Source of the DNA: Synechocystis sp. PCC 6803 substr. PCC-P
GTDB taxonomy: Bacteria; Cyanobacteriota; Cyanobacteriia; Cyanobacteriales; Microcystaceae
DNA: 32,000 nt
NCBI RefSeq assembly: GCF_000284455.1
Contig: NC_017039.1
Span: forward strand, 3,330,001-3,362,000
Direction: 5' to 3'
The notes below the pieces were generated by a model. The model searched no databases, was not told the origin of the DNA, and saw only the letters and a list, made by a program, of their open reading frames with translations. Numbering within the stretch: the first letter of the stretch is position 1; every line of letters starts with the position of its first letter. A program made the position numbers and the translations under genes. Below, one piece after another: positions 8,993 to 16,516 of this stretch.

Positions 8993-9670
8993 CTAGGCCG
9001 ACAGATGGGCGATCGCCACATTGCCAATGGAGCTATCAAAACTAACATTGAGCAATGTTTGCCAACGGGCTAAAATTTCCTGTTCTCCCCTACGGTTAAT
9101 GTCATCCAAAATGATGGTGCTGTGGGGTGCCAATTGCGGTTGGAAAAAAGGCACTGCAGGAAACCGGGAATATTGAATGTCTTCTCGGTAGGCGGGCGGT
9201 CCATCTACTAACAGGCAATCAATGGTTTTGCTAGCGGGCAACTGGTGACGGATCTTCTGGCGATCGTACCACTGTCCATTGTCCAAGGCCAGTTCGCAGG
9301 GTTCCAAGGGGGCATGGATGAGCTGGACATAGGTGGTCAACTCTTCCCTCGCCAATGCATCATGCAAAAAATTTAACCAATCCAAATTATTTTCGATACA
9401 GTGGAGTCGGCCCTGCAAACCATTGCGACGAAATAAACGGGCAATGTACAACGTAGATACTCCACCACCACATTCCACAATGGATAGATGTTTACGAATT
9501 AAAATCGTGTTGAGAATTTGTACCAATCCACTGGGGCGGAGGGCATAGCCACTCCAAGGCAAATAGTTGCCTGTCAACGGAGCCAAGTACTGCATGGCCA
9601 AGCTATCTTCCCAAATTTCTTGCAATCTTTGGTGGTCTGTTTCTGGAGGCAGGAAAGAAGGATTGGGCAT
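8993..9670 (-). CDS. Putative class I SAM-dependent methyltransferase (function unknown)
   Basis: 225-aa ORF. The glycine-rich motif I-like segment is IVECGGGVSTLY, followed by an acidic beta-2 end (HCIENN) and a later LLVDGP. No specific subfamily was recognised. Confidence 0.55.
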   Translation of the reverse strand: MPNPSFLPPETDHQRLQEIWEDSLAMQYLAPLTGNYLPWSGYALRPSGLVQILNTILIRKHLSIVECGGGVSTLYIARLFRRNGLQGRLHCIENNLDWLNFLHDALAREELTTYVQLIHAPLEPCELALDNGQWYDRQKIRHQLPASKTIDCLLVDGPPAYREDIQYSRFPAVPFFQPQLAPHSTIILDDINRRGEQEILARWQTLLNVSFDSSIGNVAIAHLSA

Positions 9671-9706
9671 ACAGATTAATTACAAAAATCAGATTAAAGC
9701 TTGAGG

Positions 9707-9955
9707 TTAACATTCGTTTGGTATTCTGTCATATGGTTCCGGCTCAACATCGGGAACCTTAGACAAAATCGCTTCATACTTTAACCGACTACCTCTTGTA
9801 GCTCTTTCTTTAAGATAATTTTCAGTCATTAAAGCAGAGACTTTTTCGGCGATCGCACTAGATATAAATTGGTCTATGGAAATTCCATCACGAGTGGCAA
9901 GGTCAGACAAGCTTTTGTGTAATGAGTCAGGAATTTGAACTTGAACAATACTCAT
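9707..9955 (-). CDS. Ribbon-helix-helix type antitoxin (HicB/CopG-like)
   Basis: 82-aa ORF. The pattern IQVQIPDSLHKSLSDLATRDGISIDQFISSAIAEKVSALMTENYLKERA is the recurrent cyanobacterial RHH antitoxin pattern. It overlaps the upstream PIN ORF by 4 nt (9952-9955). Confidence 0.7.
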   Translation of the reverse strand: MSIVQVQIPDSLHKSLSDLATRDGISIDQFISSAIAEKVSALMTENYLKERATRGSRLKYEAILSKVPDVEPEPYDRIPNEC

Positions 9956-10386
9956 GGCAACTTTCCTATTACGCGTAAAAACTCTGAAGGCTCCAGGACA
10001 TTTAACCCAAACTGCTCTACGCCGACAAAATCACGAGCGTTATAGGTGATTATAGTCTGACAGCCCGCTTTGACGGCAAGCTCTAACACCATTTCATCTT
10101 TGGGATCACGTAGGAAAGGTCGCCAAAGAAAGAAAATTTCATGTCGTATTCCTACTGCACAGTAGAAATCAATTAATTCACCAACTTCTTCAGAACTCAA
10201 GTAAAGGTTCGGCAATTCCCGTAGTAAAACTTCTTCGTATTCGAGCAGTAAAGGGACTGACAAGTGCATGTCAAATTGCTCTGTACCAACCAGGGTAAGT
10301 AACCTAAACGAACTACCACGCCTAGACCTTAATCCAGCAATAATAGCTTGTTTGCAAAGTTGTATTTTGCCCCCTAAATCCCCCAA
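9952..10386 (-). CDS. PIN-domain (PIN_3-like) toxin, 5' end remodelled by a repeat element; possibly inactive
   Basis: The body is PIN_3-like (LSVPLLLEYEEVLLR, RDPKDEMVLELAVKAGCQTIITYNARDF). The longest ORF begins at a TTG that lies inside the MITE-like repeat (10349-10459). The segment where the first PIN acidic motif (LDTN) is expected reads QLCKQ. The first in-frame ATG is at codon 40. Confidence 0.6.
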   Translation of the reverse strand: MGDLGGKIQLCKQAIIAGLRSRRGSSFRLLTLVGTEQFDMHLSVPLLLEYEEVLLRELPNLYLSSEEVGELIDFYCAVGIRHEIFFLWRPFLRDPKDEMVLELAVKAGCQTIITYNARDFVGVEQFGLNVLEPSEFLRVIGKLP

Positions 10387-10459
10387 TACTGGGGGACTTT
10401 TAATACTTTCCCCCCAAACTTGGGGGGCTAGGGGGGCATTTAAAACAGACTCTAACGAC
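10349..10459. repeat. MITE-like palindromic dispersed repeat, copy A
   Basis: This ~111 bp element has G/C-run inverted halves (gccccctaaatcccccaa ... ttggggggctaggggggc). Its reverse complement aligns along its whole length, with one ~9 nt indel, to 27267-27379. The matching ends include ...agagyctgttt... and ...aactttScaaaca. Confidence 0.7.
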
Positions 10460-10683
10460 TTGGGGTAATGACATTAAAAACTGGAAAACAATTCATATCA
10501 ATAAGTCTCAACTCTATCACGGCAAGAGTGGAGTACGGTTTGAAGCCCATTCCAGCACTTTATCATCAAATTTAATCAGGGGTTAAACAGCGATCGCCCC
10601 CTCAGAGTCACTGGGCAAGTTGGGATAGTTCACTGTAGTTGGGCTTAAAATCAAAGGCAGTTTACTTACCGCTGGAGCAAGCC

Positions 10684-12771
10684 ATGGAAGGGCAGTCAAT
10701 CGAACTAGAACTAAGTGTCATGGCAATGCCGGAGTTAATCGACAGTACTGAAGCAGGCCATACCGCCGGGGTGAAAACTGATTCCAATCCCCAGGCGATC
10801 GCCCAAGACCGTCGTTGGACCATTGACGACAGCGAAAACCTCTACCGCATCACTGGTTGGGGGGAACCTTACTTTTCCATTAATGCGGCCGGCCATGTGA
10901 CCGTTTCTCCCCAGGCTGACCATGGGGGAGCGTTGGATTTGTACGAACTGGTTAAGGGTTTGAGGCAAAGAAATATTGGCTTGCCTTTACTGTTGCGCTT
11001 TTCTGATATTCTGGCTGACCGCATCAATCGCCTCAATGCGGCCTTTGCCCGGGGCATTGCCCGTTACCGCTATCCCAACACCTACCGGGGGGTTTATCCC
11101 ATTAAGTGCAACCAGCATCGCCACATTGTGGAATCCCTGGTGCGCTACGGCACTCCCTATAATTTTGGCTTGGAAGCCGGTTCTAAACCGGAGTTGATGA
11201 TTGCCCTGGCTATGCTCCAACCCCAGGAGAACCCAGAGCCGGATCAACAAAATCAGCCTTTACTAATTTGTAATGGTTATAAAGACCGGGAATATATTGA
11301 AACCGCCTTGCTAGCCCGTCGTCTGGGGCATCGGCCGATTATTGTGGTGGAGCAGGTAGCGGAGGTGGCCTTGGCCATCGAAATTTCCAGCAATCTGGGC
11401 ATTAAGCCAATTTTGGGGGTACGGGCCAAACTGAGTACCCAGGGCATGGGCCGTTGGGGCATTTCCACTGGCGATCGGGCTAAATTTGGTTTAACCATCC
11501 CGGAAATGTTGACGGCGATCGAGCAACTGCGCCGAGCTGATATGTTGGACAGTCTGCAATTGCTCCATTTTCACATCGGTTCCCAGATCTCTTCCATCTC
11601 TGTGATCAAAGAAGCGATGACGGAAGCCAGCCAAATTTTTGTCCAGTTGGCCAAGCTGGGGGCCAATATGCGCTACCTGGATGTGGGGGGCGGACTAGGG
11701 GTGGACTACGACGGTTCCAAAACCAATTTTTACGCTTCCAAAAATTACAACATCCAGAATTACGTTAATGATGTGATTTCGGCAGTGCAGGATGCCTGTG
11801 TGGCCGCTGAAGTGCCCTGTCCTGTGCTGATTAGTGAAAGCGGCCGGGCGATCGCCAGCCATCAGTCAGTACTCATTTTTGATGTTGTGGCCACCAATGA
11901 CATTAATCCCCCCTTGCCTAAGGTGAAGGGCAAAGACCATGCCATTTTGCGTAATTTGATGGAAACCTGGGAAACCATTACGGTGGATAATTACCAAGAG
12001 GCGTACCATGATGTGGAACAGTTTAAAACTGAAGCCATTAGTTTATTTAACTTTGGTTATTTAGGTCTGAAAGAAAGGGCTAAAGCAGAGGAGCTTTATT
12101 GGGCTTGTTGCCGCAAGATTTTACAAATTTGCCGTCAGCAAGAATACGTCCCCGATGATTTGGAAAATTTGGAAGTTAACTTGGCTTCTATTTACTACGC
12201 CAATATGTCGGTGTTTCAGTCGGCCCCGGATTCCTGGGCGATCGATCAACTTTTCCCGATTATGCCCATCCACCGTTTGGATGAAGAACCCACCCAGCGG
12301 GGCATTCTGGCGGATATTACCTGCGACAGTGATGGCAAAATTGACCAATTTATTGACCTGCGGGATGTCAAATCAGTATTGGAATTGCATCCTTTAATAG
12401 AAGTGCATCAGCCAGGGACTCCCCCCAGGGTGGAACCCTATTATTTGGGCATGTTTTTGGTGGGGGCTTACCAAGAAATTATGGGTAATTTACATAATTT
12501 ATTTGGGGACATCAATGTGGTGCATATTCAGATGAATCCGAAAGGTTACCAAATTGAACATTTAGTGAGGGGGGATACCATCGCCGAAGTGTTGGGCTAT
12601 GTGCAGTACGATCCCGAAGATTTGCTGGAAAATATGCGCCGCTACTGTGAACAGGCCATGGAAGATAAACGTATGAGCTTGGAGGAAGCCCAATTATTGC
12701 TGGAAAATTACGAGCGCAGTTTGTTGCAATACACCTACCTCAAGCCCACTTCAGGCATCCACACCAGCTAA
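10684..12771 (+). CDS. speA: Biosynthetic arginine decarboxylase (PLP-dependent)
   Basis: SpeA family blocks are present: YPIKCNQ (PLP lysine), FGLEAGSKPEL, HFHIGSQI, LDVGGGLGVDY, ESGRA, CDSDG. I chose ATG 10684 (695 aa). The longest ORF starts at TTG 10639. Confidence 0.93.
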   Translation: MEGQSIELELSVMAMPELIDSTEAGHTAGVKTDSNPQAIAQDRRWTIDDSENLYRITGWGEPYFSINAAGHVTVSPQADHGGALDLYELVKGLRQRNIGLPLLLRFSDILADRINRLNAAFARGIARYRYPNTYRGVYPIKCNQHRHIVESLVRYGTPYNFGLEAGSKPELMIALAMLQPQENPEPDQQNQPLLICNGYKDREYIETALLARRLGHRPIIVVEQVAEVALAIEISSNLGIKPILGVRAKLSTQGMGRWGISTGDRAKFGLTIPEMLTAIEQLRRADMLDSLQLLHFHIGSQISSISVIKEAMTEASQIFVQLAKLGANMRYLDVGGGLGVDYDGSKTNFYASKNYNIQNYVNDVISAVQDACVAAEVPCPVLISESGRAIASHQSVLIFDVVATNDINPPLPKVKGKDHAILRNLMETWETITVDNYQEAYHDVEQFKTEAISLFNFGYLGLKERAKAEELYWACCRKILQICRQQEYVPDDLENLEVNLASIYYANMSVFQSAPDSWAIDQLFPIMPIHRLDEEPTQRGILADITCDSDGKIDQFIDLRDVKSVLELHPLIEVHQPGTPPRVEPYYLGMFLVGAYQEIMGNLHNLFGDINVVHIQMNPKGYQIEHLVRGDTIAEVLGYVQYDPEDLLENMRRYCEQAMEDKRMSLEEAQLLLENYERSLLQYTYLKPTSGIHTS

Positions 12772-12853
12772 ATTGACGATGGTGGGGAATGGTAGAGCAT
12801 TACAAAATATTCAAATCTCCTGTTCTCAATTCAGAACAAATTCGCCTCTTTGC

Positions 12854-13642
12854 CTATTTGCTTAAGCGCTTATGGGGCAGGAACTGGTTATCAAAATTGG
12901 GTCTGGCCTGACTAGGGGGTTGGGCAGTGGCCGAGTCAGCGATGGGTCGCGGGGCTTCGGGATTGGCCACTGGAATGGTGGTGGTGGTATTGCCACTAGA
13001 ATTAGCCGGAGGCATGAGGTTAGCGGCCGTATCAGAAGAGGCTGGAGTTTCCGTGGTAGCTACTTCTTCCGTTACCTGAGTTGTTTCCGTTGTCCCACCC
13101 GGTTCCGTTTGTGCTGTGGTGGTTTCTTCAATAACGGCAATGTTCGTAGTGCTTTCTGTTGGGGCGATCGCCGTGGGGGTTTCTTCGGTGGGGACTTTGG
13201 TATCAGGGCCGCCATTGTTAGCAGTAGCCTGGGGGTTGGGGGCAGTGGTTTCCACCAGGTAGGATTCCCCTAATTTTTCCGGGCCAATGAAAATGGGTTC
13301 AAAGGCAACTTCTCCCCGGATGCTCAGCACGGTGCCTTTACGGGGTAATTGGCGATCGGTTTTGACCCAGACCCGTCCGGTTTTATCTTGAATTTGGTAA
13401 GCACCCCCTTCCAAAAATGGGGCCACATTAACCACAATGCCCTGGATATTCACCGTCCGTTGATTGGAAATTTCCTCCAGTTTGGCAATGTCCAAATATT
13501 CCTGGGCCATGCCAAAGGGATTGATGGGGCTACAACTTACCATCCAGCCACTCAGGAACAGGGGAAAGAATAGTTTTCGACTTACCCAGGATAGCTTGGC
13601 AGTCATTGTCGCCCTCACAATCAATAGCTTCTCGACCACCAT
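12854..13642 (-). CDS. Putative lipoprotein with OB-fold-like domain and Thr/Pro/Ala-rich low-complexity tail
   Basis: 262-aa ORF. The signal and lipobox-like segment is FFPLFLSGWMVSC. An OB-like core follows (VNIQGIVVNVAPFLEGGAYQIQDKTGRVWVK...VLSIRGEV), then ~130 aa rich in T, P, A and E. Confidence 0.55.
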   Translation of the reverse strand: MVVEKLLIVRATMTAKLSWVSRKLFFPLFLSGWMVSCSPINPFGMAQEYLDIAKLEEISNQRTVNIQGIVVNVAPFLEGGAYQIQDKTGRVWVKTDRQLPRKGTVLSIRGEVAFEPIFIGPEKLGESYLVETTAPNPQATANNGGPDTKVPTEETPTAIAPTESTTNIAVIEETTTAQTEPGGTTETTQVTEEVATTETPASSDTAANLMPPANSSGNTTTTIPVANPEAPRPIADSATAQPPSQARPNFDNQFLPHKRLSK

Positions 13643-13687
13643 ACTAGCCTATCCCGTTAATAATCCCGGAGCCTGATTATGCCACCC

Positions 13688-14644
13688 CTAGGACATGGCC
13701 AGCATTCTCTGGATCGGTTTCAGAGCCGCCGCCATGGTGGCCTCCGGTAAGGTAATCTCCGGCGATCGCCGTTGCATAGCCCAGTAGAGTTTTTCCAAAG
13801 TATTCAAACGCATATAGGGACACTCATTGCAGTCGCAATTGCTGTTATTGGGCAGGGGAATGAATTGCTTAGAGGGGGAAAGCTTTTCCATTTGGTGAAT
13901 AATGCCCGGCTCCGTACCAACGATAAATTCTTTGCCCTGGGATTTACCCGAATAATTCAGTAACGCTGTGGTGGAGCCGATAAAATCTGCATGGCGCAGA
14001 ATGGCTTTTTCACATTCAGGATGGGCAATGATTTCCGCCTGGGGATATTGAGTTTTCAGCTCCAGCAAACGCCGTTCCGAAAAGGTTTCATGGACAATGC
14101 AACTACCCTGCCACAACACCATTTCTCGCCCCGTTTGCTCCATAACGTAACGACCTAAATTGCGATCGGGGGCAAAAATTATCTTCTGATCCGGCGGCAA
14201 TTGTTGAACAATTTTCACCGCATTAGAACTGGTGCAAATAATATCGCTCAGGGCTTTAATTTCCGCTGTGCAATTAATGTAGCTAATCACCAAATGGTCA
14301 GGGTGGCGTTGCTTAAACTCGGCAAATTCCCGGGGGGGGCAACTGTCGGCCAAGGAACAGCCGGCCTCTAAATCCGGCAAAAGTACCAACTTATGGGGAT
14401 TAAGAATTTTGGCCGTTTCCGCCATGAAATGCACCCCGGCAAAAACGATTACATCGGCATCGGTGCTGGCCGCCTGTTGGGATAACCCCAGGGAGTCCCC
14501 TAAATAATCAGCAATGTCTTGGATGGCCGCTTCTTGGTAATAGTGGGCCAAAATCACCGCATTCAATTCCTTTTTCAGACTCTGAATGGCTCCCACTAAA
14601 TCACGGGGCAGGGTTTCTTGGGGCGGGGCAACGGCGGTGAACAC
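13688..14644 (-). CDS. nadA: Quinolinate synthase A
   Basis: 318-aa ORF with a GTG start. NadA blocks are present: [36 protein letters not shown] and GTE. Confidence 0.93.
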   Translation of the reverse strand: MFTAVAPPQETLPRDLVGAIQSLKKELNAVILAHYYQEAAIQDIADYLGDSLGLSQQAASTDADVIVFAGVHFMAETAKILNPHKLVLLPDLEAGCSLADSCPPREFAEFKQRHPDHLVISYINCTAEIKALSDIICTSSNAVKIVQQLPPDQKIIFAPDRNLGRYVMEQTGREMVLWQGSCIVHETFSERRLLELKTQYPQAEIIAHPECEKAILRHADFIGSTTALLNYSGKSQGKEFIVGTEPGIIHQMEKLSPSKQFIPLPNNSNCDCNECPYMRLNTLEKLYWAMQRRSPEITLPEATMAAALKPIQRMLAMS

Positions 14645-14736
14645 TATGTTTCGGCTCCTGGAATATTTATAGTTAAAACTACCATAAATATTTTATCATA
14701 AAAATCAGTGGGGCATGGGCCAGCGCTTCATCTAGG

Positions 14737-15483
14737 CTAGGATAACCACTGACCCAGGGGCAGTCGGGAGAGCAAGGTAATCACCCCAAAGCCCAGCAAA
14801 ATTGTGCCGCTGAGGGGATTGAGCCAACCGGACCATTGCCGCAGTTGCAATAACCGCTTTAAACTGCCAGCAAACAGGCCAACTAAAATAAGCGGGGCAA
14901 CGTAACCAACGGTATAGGCCAACAAGAGACCACTACCCAGTAACAAATCTTGGCGACTGGCGACCCAAGCTAGCAAGCTGGCCAACACAGGGGTGCTACA
15001 GGGAGAGGCGATTAGCCCAAAAGTTAGTCCGGCCAATAGGGCCCGCAAAGCCGGGGGAAAATCGTCTTTGATCCAATCCGTTGCCCCTAAACTGGGAAAC
15101 TGCAGGGGTAATAATTCCAACAGGTTTAATCCCATTAAAATAGCCACCAAACTCACCAAAATCGGTAAACCTAGCCCAATTTGTCCATAAATTTTTCCCA
15201 AAGCCGCTGCCCCCAGCCCCAAGCTAGCCAAAGTAATGGCCAACCCCAGGGCAAACCAGAGGGATTGTCTCAAAGATTGCAGGCGATCGCCTTCCGTGGT
15301 CCCGCCAATGTAGGCAATGGTGAGGGGGAGCAGGGACAGTAAACAGGGGGTCAAACTAGTGACTAGCCCCGCTAGTAGGATGATCAGTAAACTAAGGGGA
15401 GTTAGTTGTCCCAGTTGTTCCACCACTAGGCGATCAGCCCATTGCTGGAGAAAAAAAAGCTGATTTTGCAGAGATTGCCACAT
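14737..15483 (-). CDS. ccdA: Cytochrome c biogenesis thiol-disulfide transporter CcdA (DsbD transmembrane-domain family)
   Basis: The protein is multi-pass hydrophobic with two conserved Cys-containing segments (SLTPCLLSLLP and ASPCSTPVL). I chose ATG 15483 (MWQSLQ). The longest ORF starts at TTG 15498. Confidence 0.87.
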   Translation of the reverse strand: MWQSLQNQLFFLQQWADRLVVEQLGQLTPLSLLIILLAGLVTSLTPCLLSLLPLTIAYIGGTTEGDRLQSLRQSLWFALGLAITLASLGLGAAALGKIYGQIGLGLPILVSLVAILMGLNLLELLPLQFPSLGATDWIKDDFPPALRALLAGLTFGLIASPCSTPVLASLLAWVASRQDLLLGSGLLLAYTVGYVAPLILVGLFAGSLKRLLQLRQWSGWLNPLSGTILLGFGVITLLSRLPLGQWLS

Positions 15484-15610
15484 TACACAGTTGCCCAAAA
15501 AGCCAAAAATAAGTCTGAAATTTGCCGGCTGCCATTTCGCCCCTGGTTTATTGGCGGGGTCAAACCAGAGGAAAGATTAACACTTCTCCGACAATGCTAA
15601 GCAATTCCCA

Positions 15611-15719
15611 GCCATCTTGCCAAAGCTCATCGTCCTAAAGTTAGACATTCCCCCCCTGCCCCTCAATGGAGAGCAGATAATAGAATTCTGTGAAAGTGGG
15701 TTTCCGGACGGCGATCGCC
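15611..15719 (+). pseudogene. Decayed duplicate of the acnB 5' end (start region plus codons ~14-34 and ~63-72)
   Basis: aagttagAcattccccccctgcccctcaa...agcaga.a.t.gaa.t.tgtgaa (15638-15696) aligns with acnB 16555-16612 at roughly 80% identity. aaagTgggtttccGGacggcgatcgcc (15693-15719) aligns with 16706-16732. ccatCttgc (15612-15620) matches ccatGttgc at the acnB start, so ATG has become ATC. Homology stops just past the HIP1 site at 15711-15718. Confidence 0.6.
15711..15718. repeat. HIP1 highly iterated palindrome (GCGATCGC), representative copy
   Basis: Perfect copies checked by eye are at 323-330, 2292-2299, 5506-5513, 6041-6048, 6896-6903, 7094-7101, 9009-9016, 9849-9856, 10590-10597, 10795-10802, 15711-15718, 16724-16731, 22716-22723 and 23920-23927. 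Further copies exist. HIP1 is a cyanobacterial hallmark. Confidence 0.9.
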
Positions 15720-15767
15720 TAGATGGAGTTTGTTATGGTGGTATTGGTTTTGTTGTAAAGAGGAATA

Positions 15768-16028
15768 ATGATGAGAGCTTTTGAGGTAATGGCCACAGTT
15801 AAAGATTCCAAACAATTGCTCTTGGATAGTGATTTGCATTGGAATACCAGCCGAGTCAAGGTGATTATTTTGGAATCAGATGAATTGGCATCAAAAGGAA
15901 GTGAGTTTGATCCTGATGACACGCCTGTCGAAGAAATTAAGGTGAGTTTGAGGAAGGCATTAGAGGAATATAAACAAGGAAAAAGAATTCCAGTAGAAAA
16001 TATGTGGGAGGGAATTGATGTCGAATAA
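15768..16028 (+). CDS. Antitoxin of a RelE/ParE-type TA pair
   Basis: 86-aa ORF with a GAGGA-like RBS upstream. The C-terminal EEIKVSLRKALEEYKQGKRIPVENMWEGIDVE is a recurrent cyanobacterial antitoxin tail. It overlaps the toxin ORF by 14 nt. Confidence 0.65.
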   Translation: MMRAFEVMATVKDSKQLLLDSDLHWNTSRVKVIILESDELASKGSEFDPDDTPVEEIKVSLRKALEEYKQGKRIPVENMWEGIDVE

Positions 16029-16380
16029 TCTCCATTTAGTCAATATCGACTTCACCCCCGAATATAGGAGAAGTTTAAAATATTTAGCCAAGAAATATCG
16101 AAATATTCGTTCTGATGTTCAGCCCATTATTGAGGCTTTGCAAAAAGGCGTCATTAGTGGTGATCGCCTGGCAGGGTTTGGCTCTGATATTTACGTCTAT
16201 AAGCTTAGAATTAAGAATAGTAATATTCAGAAAGGGAAAAGTTCTGGCTACCGATTAATTTATTTACTCGAATCAGAAAACAGTATTTTGTTGTTAACCA
16301 TTTACAGTAAAGCTGAACAAGAAGATATTGCCGCTAGTGACATTAATTCAATTTTAGGGGAGTACTCCATAGAAGACTAA
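16015..16380 (+). CDS. RelE/ParE-superfamily toxin
   Basis: 121-aa ORF. The patterns YKLRIKNSNIQKGKSSGYRLIYLLESENSILLLTIYSKAEQEDI and F.K..KKL.. are typical of RelE/ParE (HigB-like) toxins. Confidence 0.8.
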   Translation: MMSNNLHLVNIDFTPEYRRSLKYLAKKYRNIRSDVQPIIEALQKGVISGDRLAGFGSDIYVYKLRIKNSNIQKGKSSGYRLIYLLESENSILLLTIYSKAEQEDIAASDINSILGEYSIED

Positions 16381-16516
16381 AAGGGAGATCACTGCTATTA
16401 AATTTTTCTGACGCCACGCCCCAAACCGTTTGTCGGTAACTTATCCTGTTCCCCTGCATAAAATAGAATATTCACCGTTGACCATGAACTAATATTGCCG
16501 GAGAGAGAACCATCCC

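Noticed and set aside
8830-9048. 72-aa minus-strand ORF overlapping the 3' end of the methyltransferase gene.
   Set aside because: It overlaps a better-supported ORF, has no motif, and lies in an intergenic-like context.
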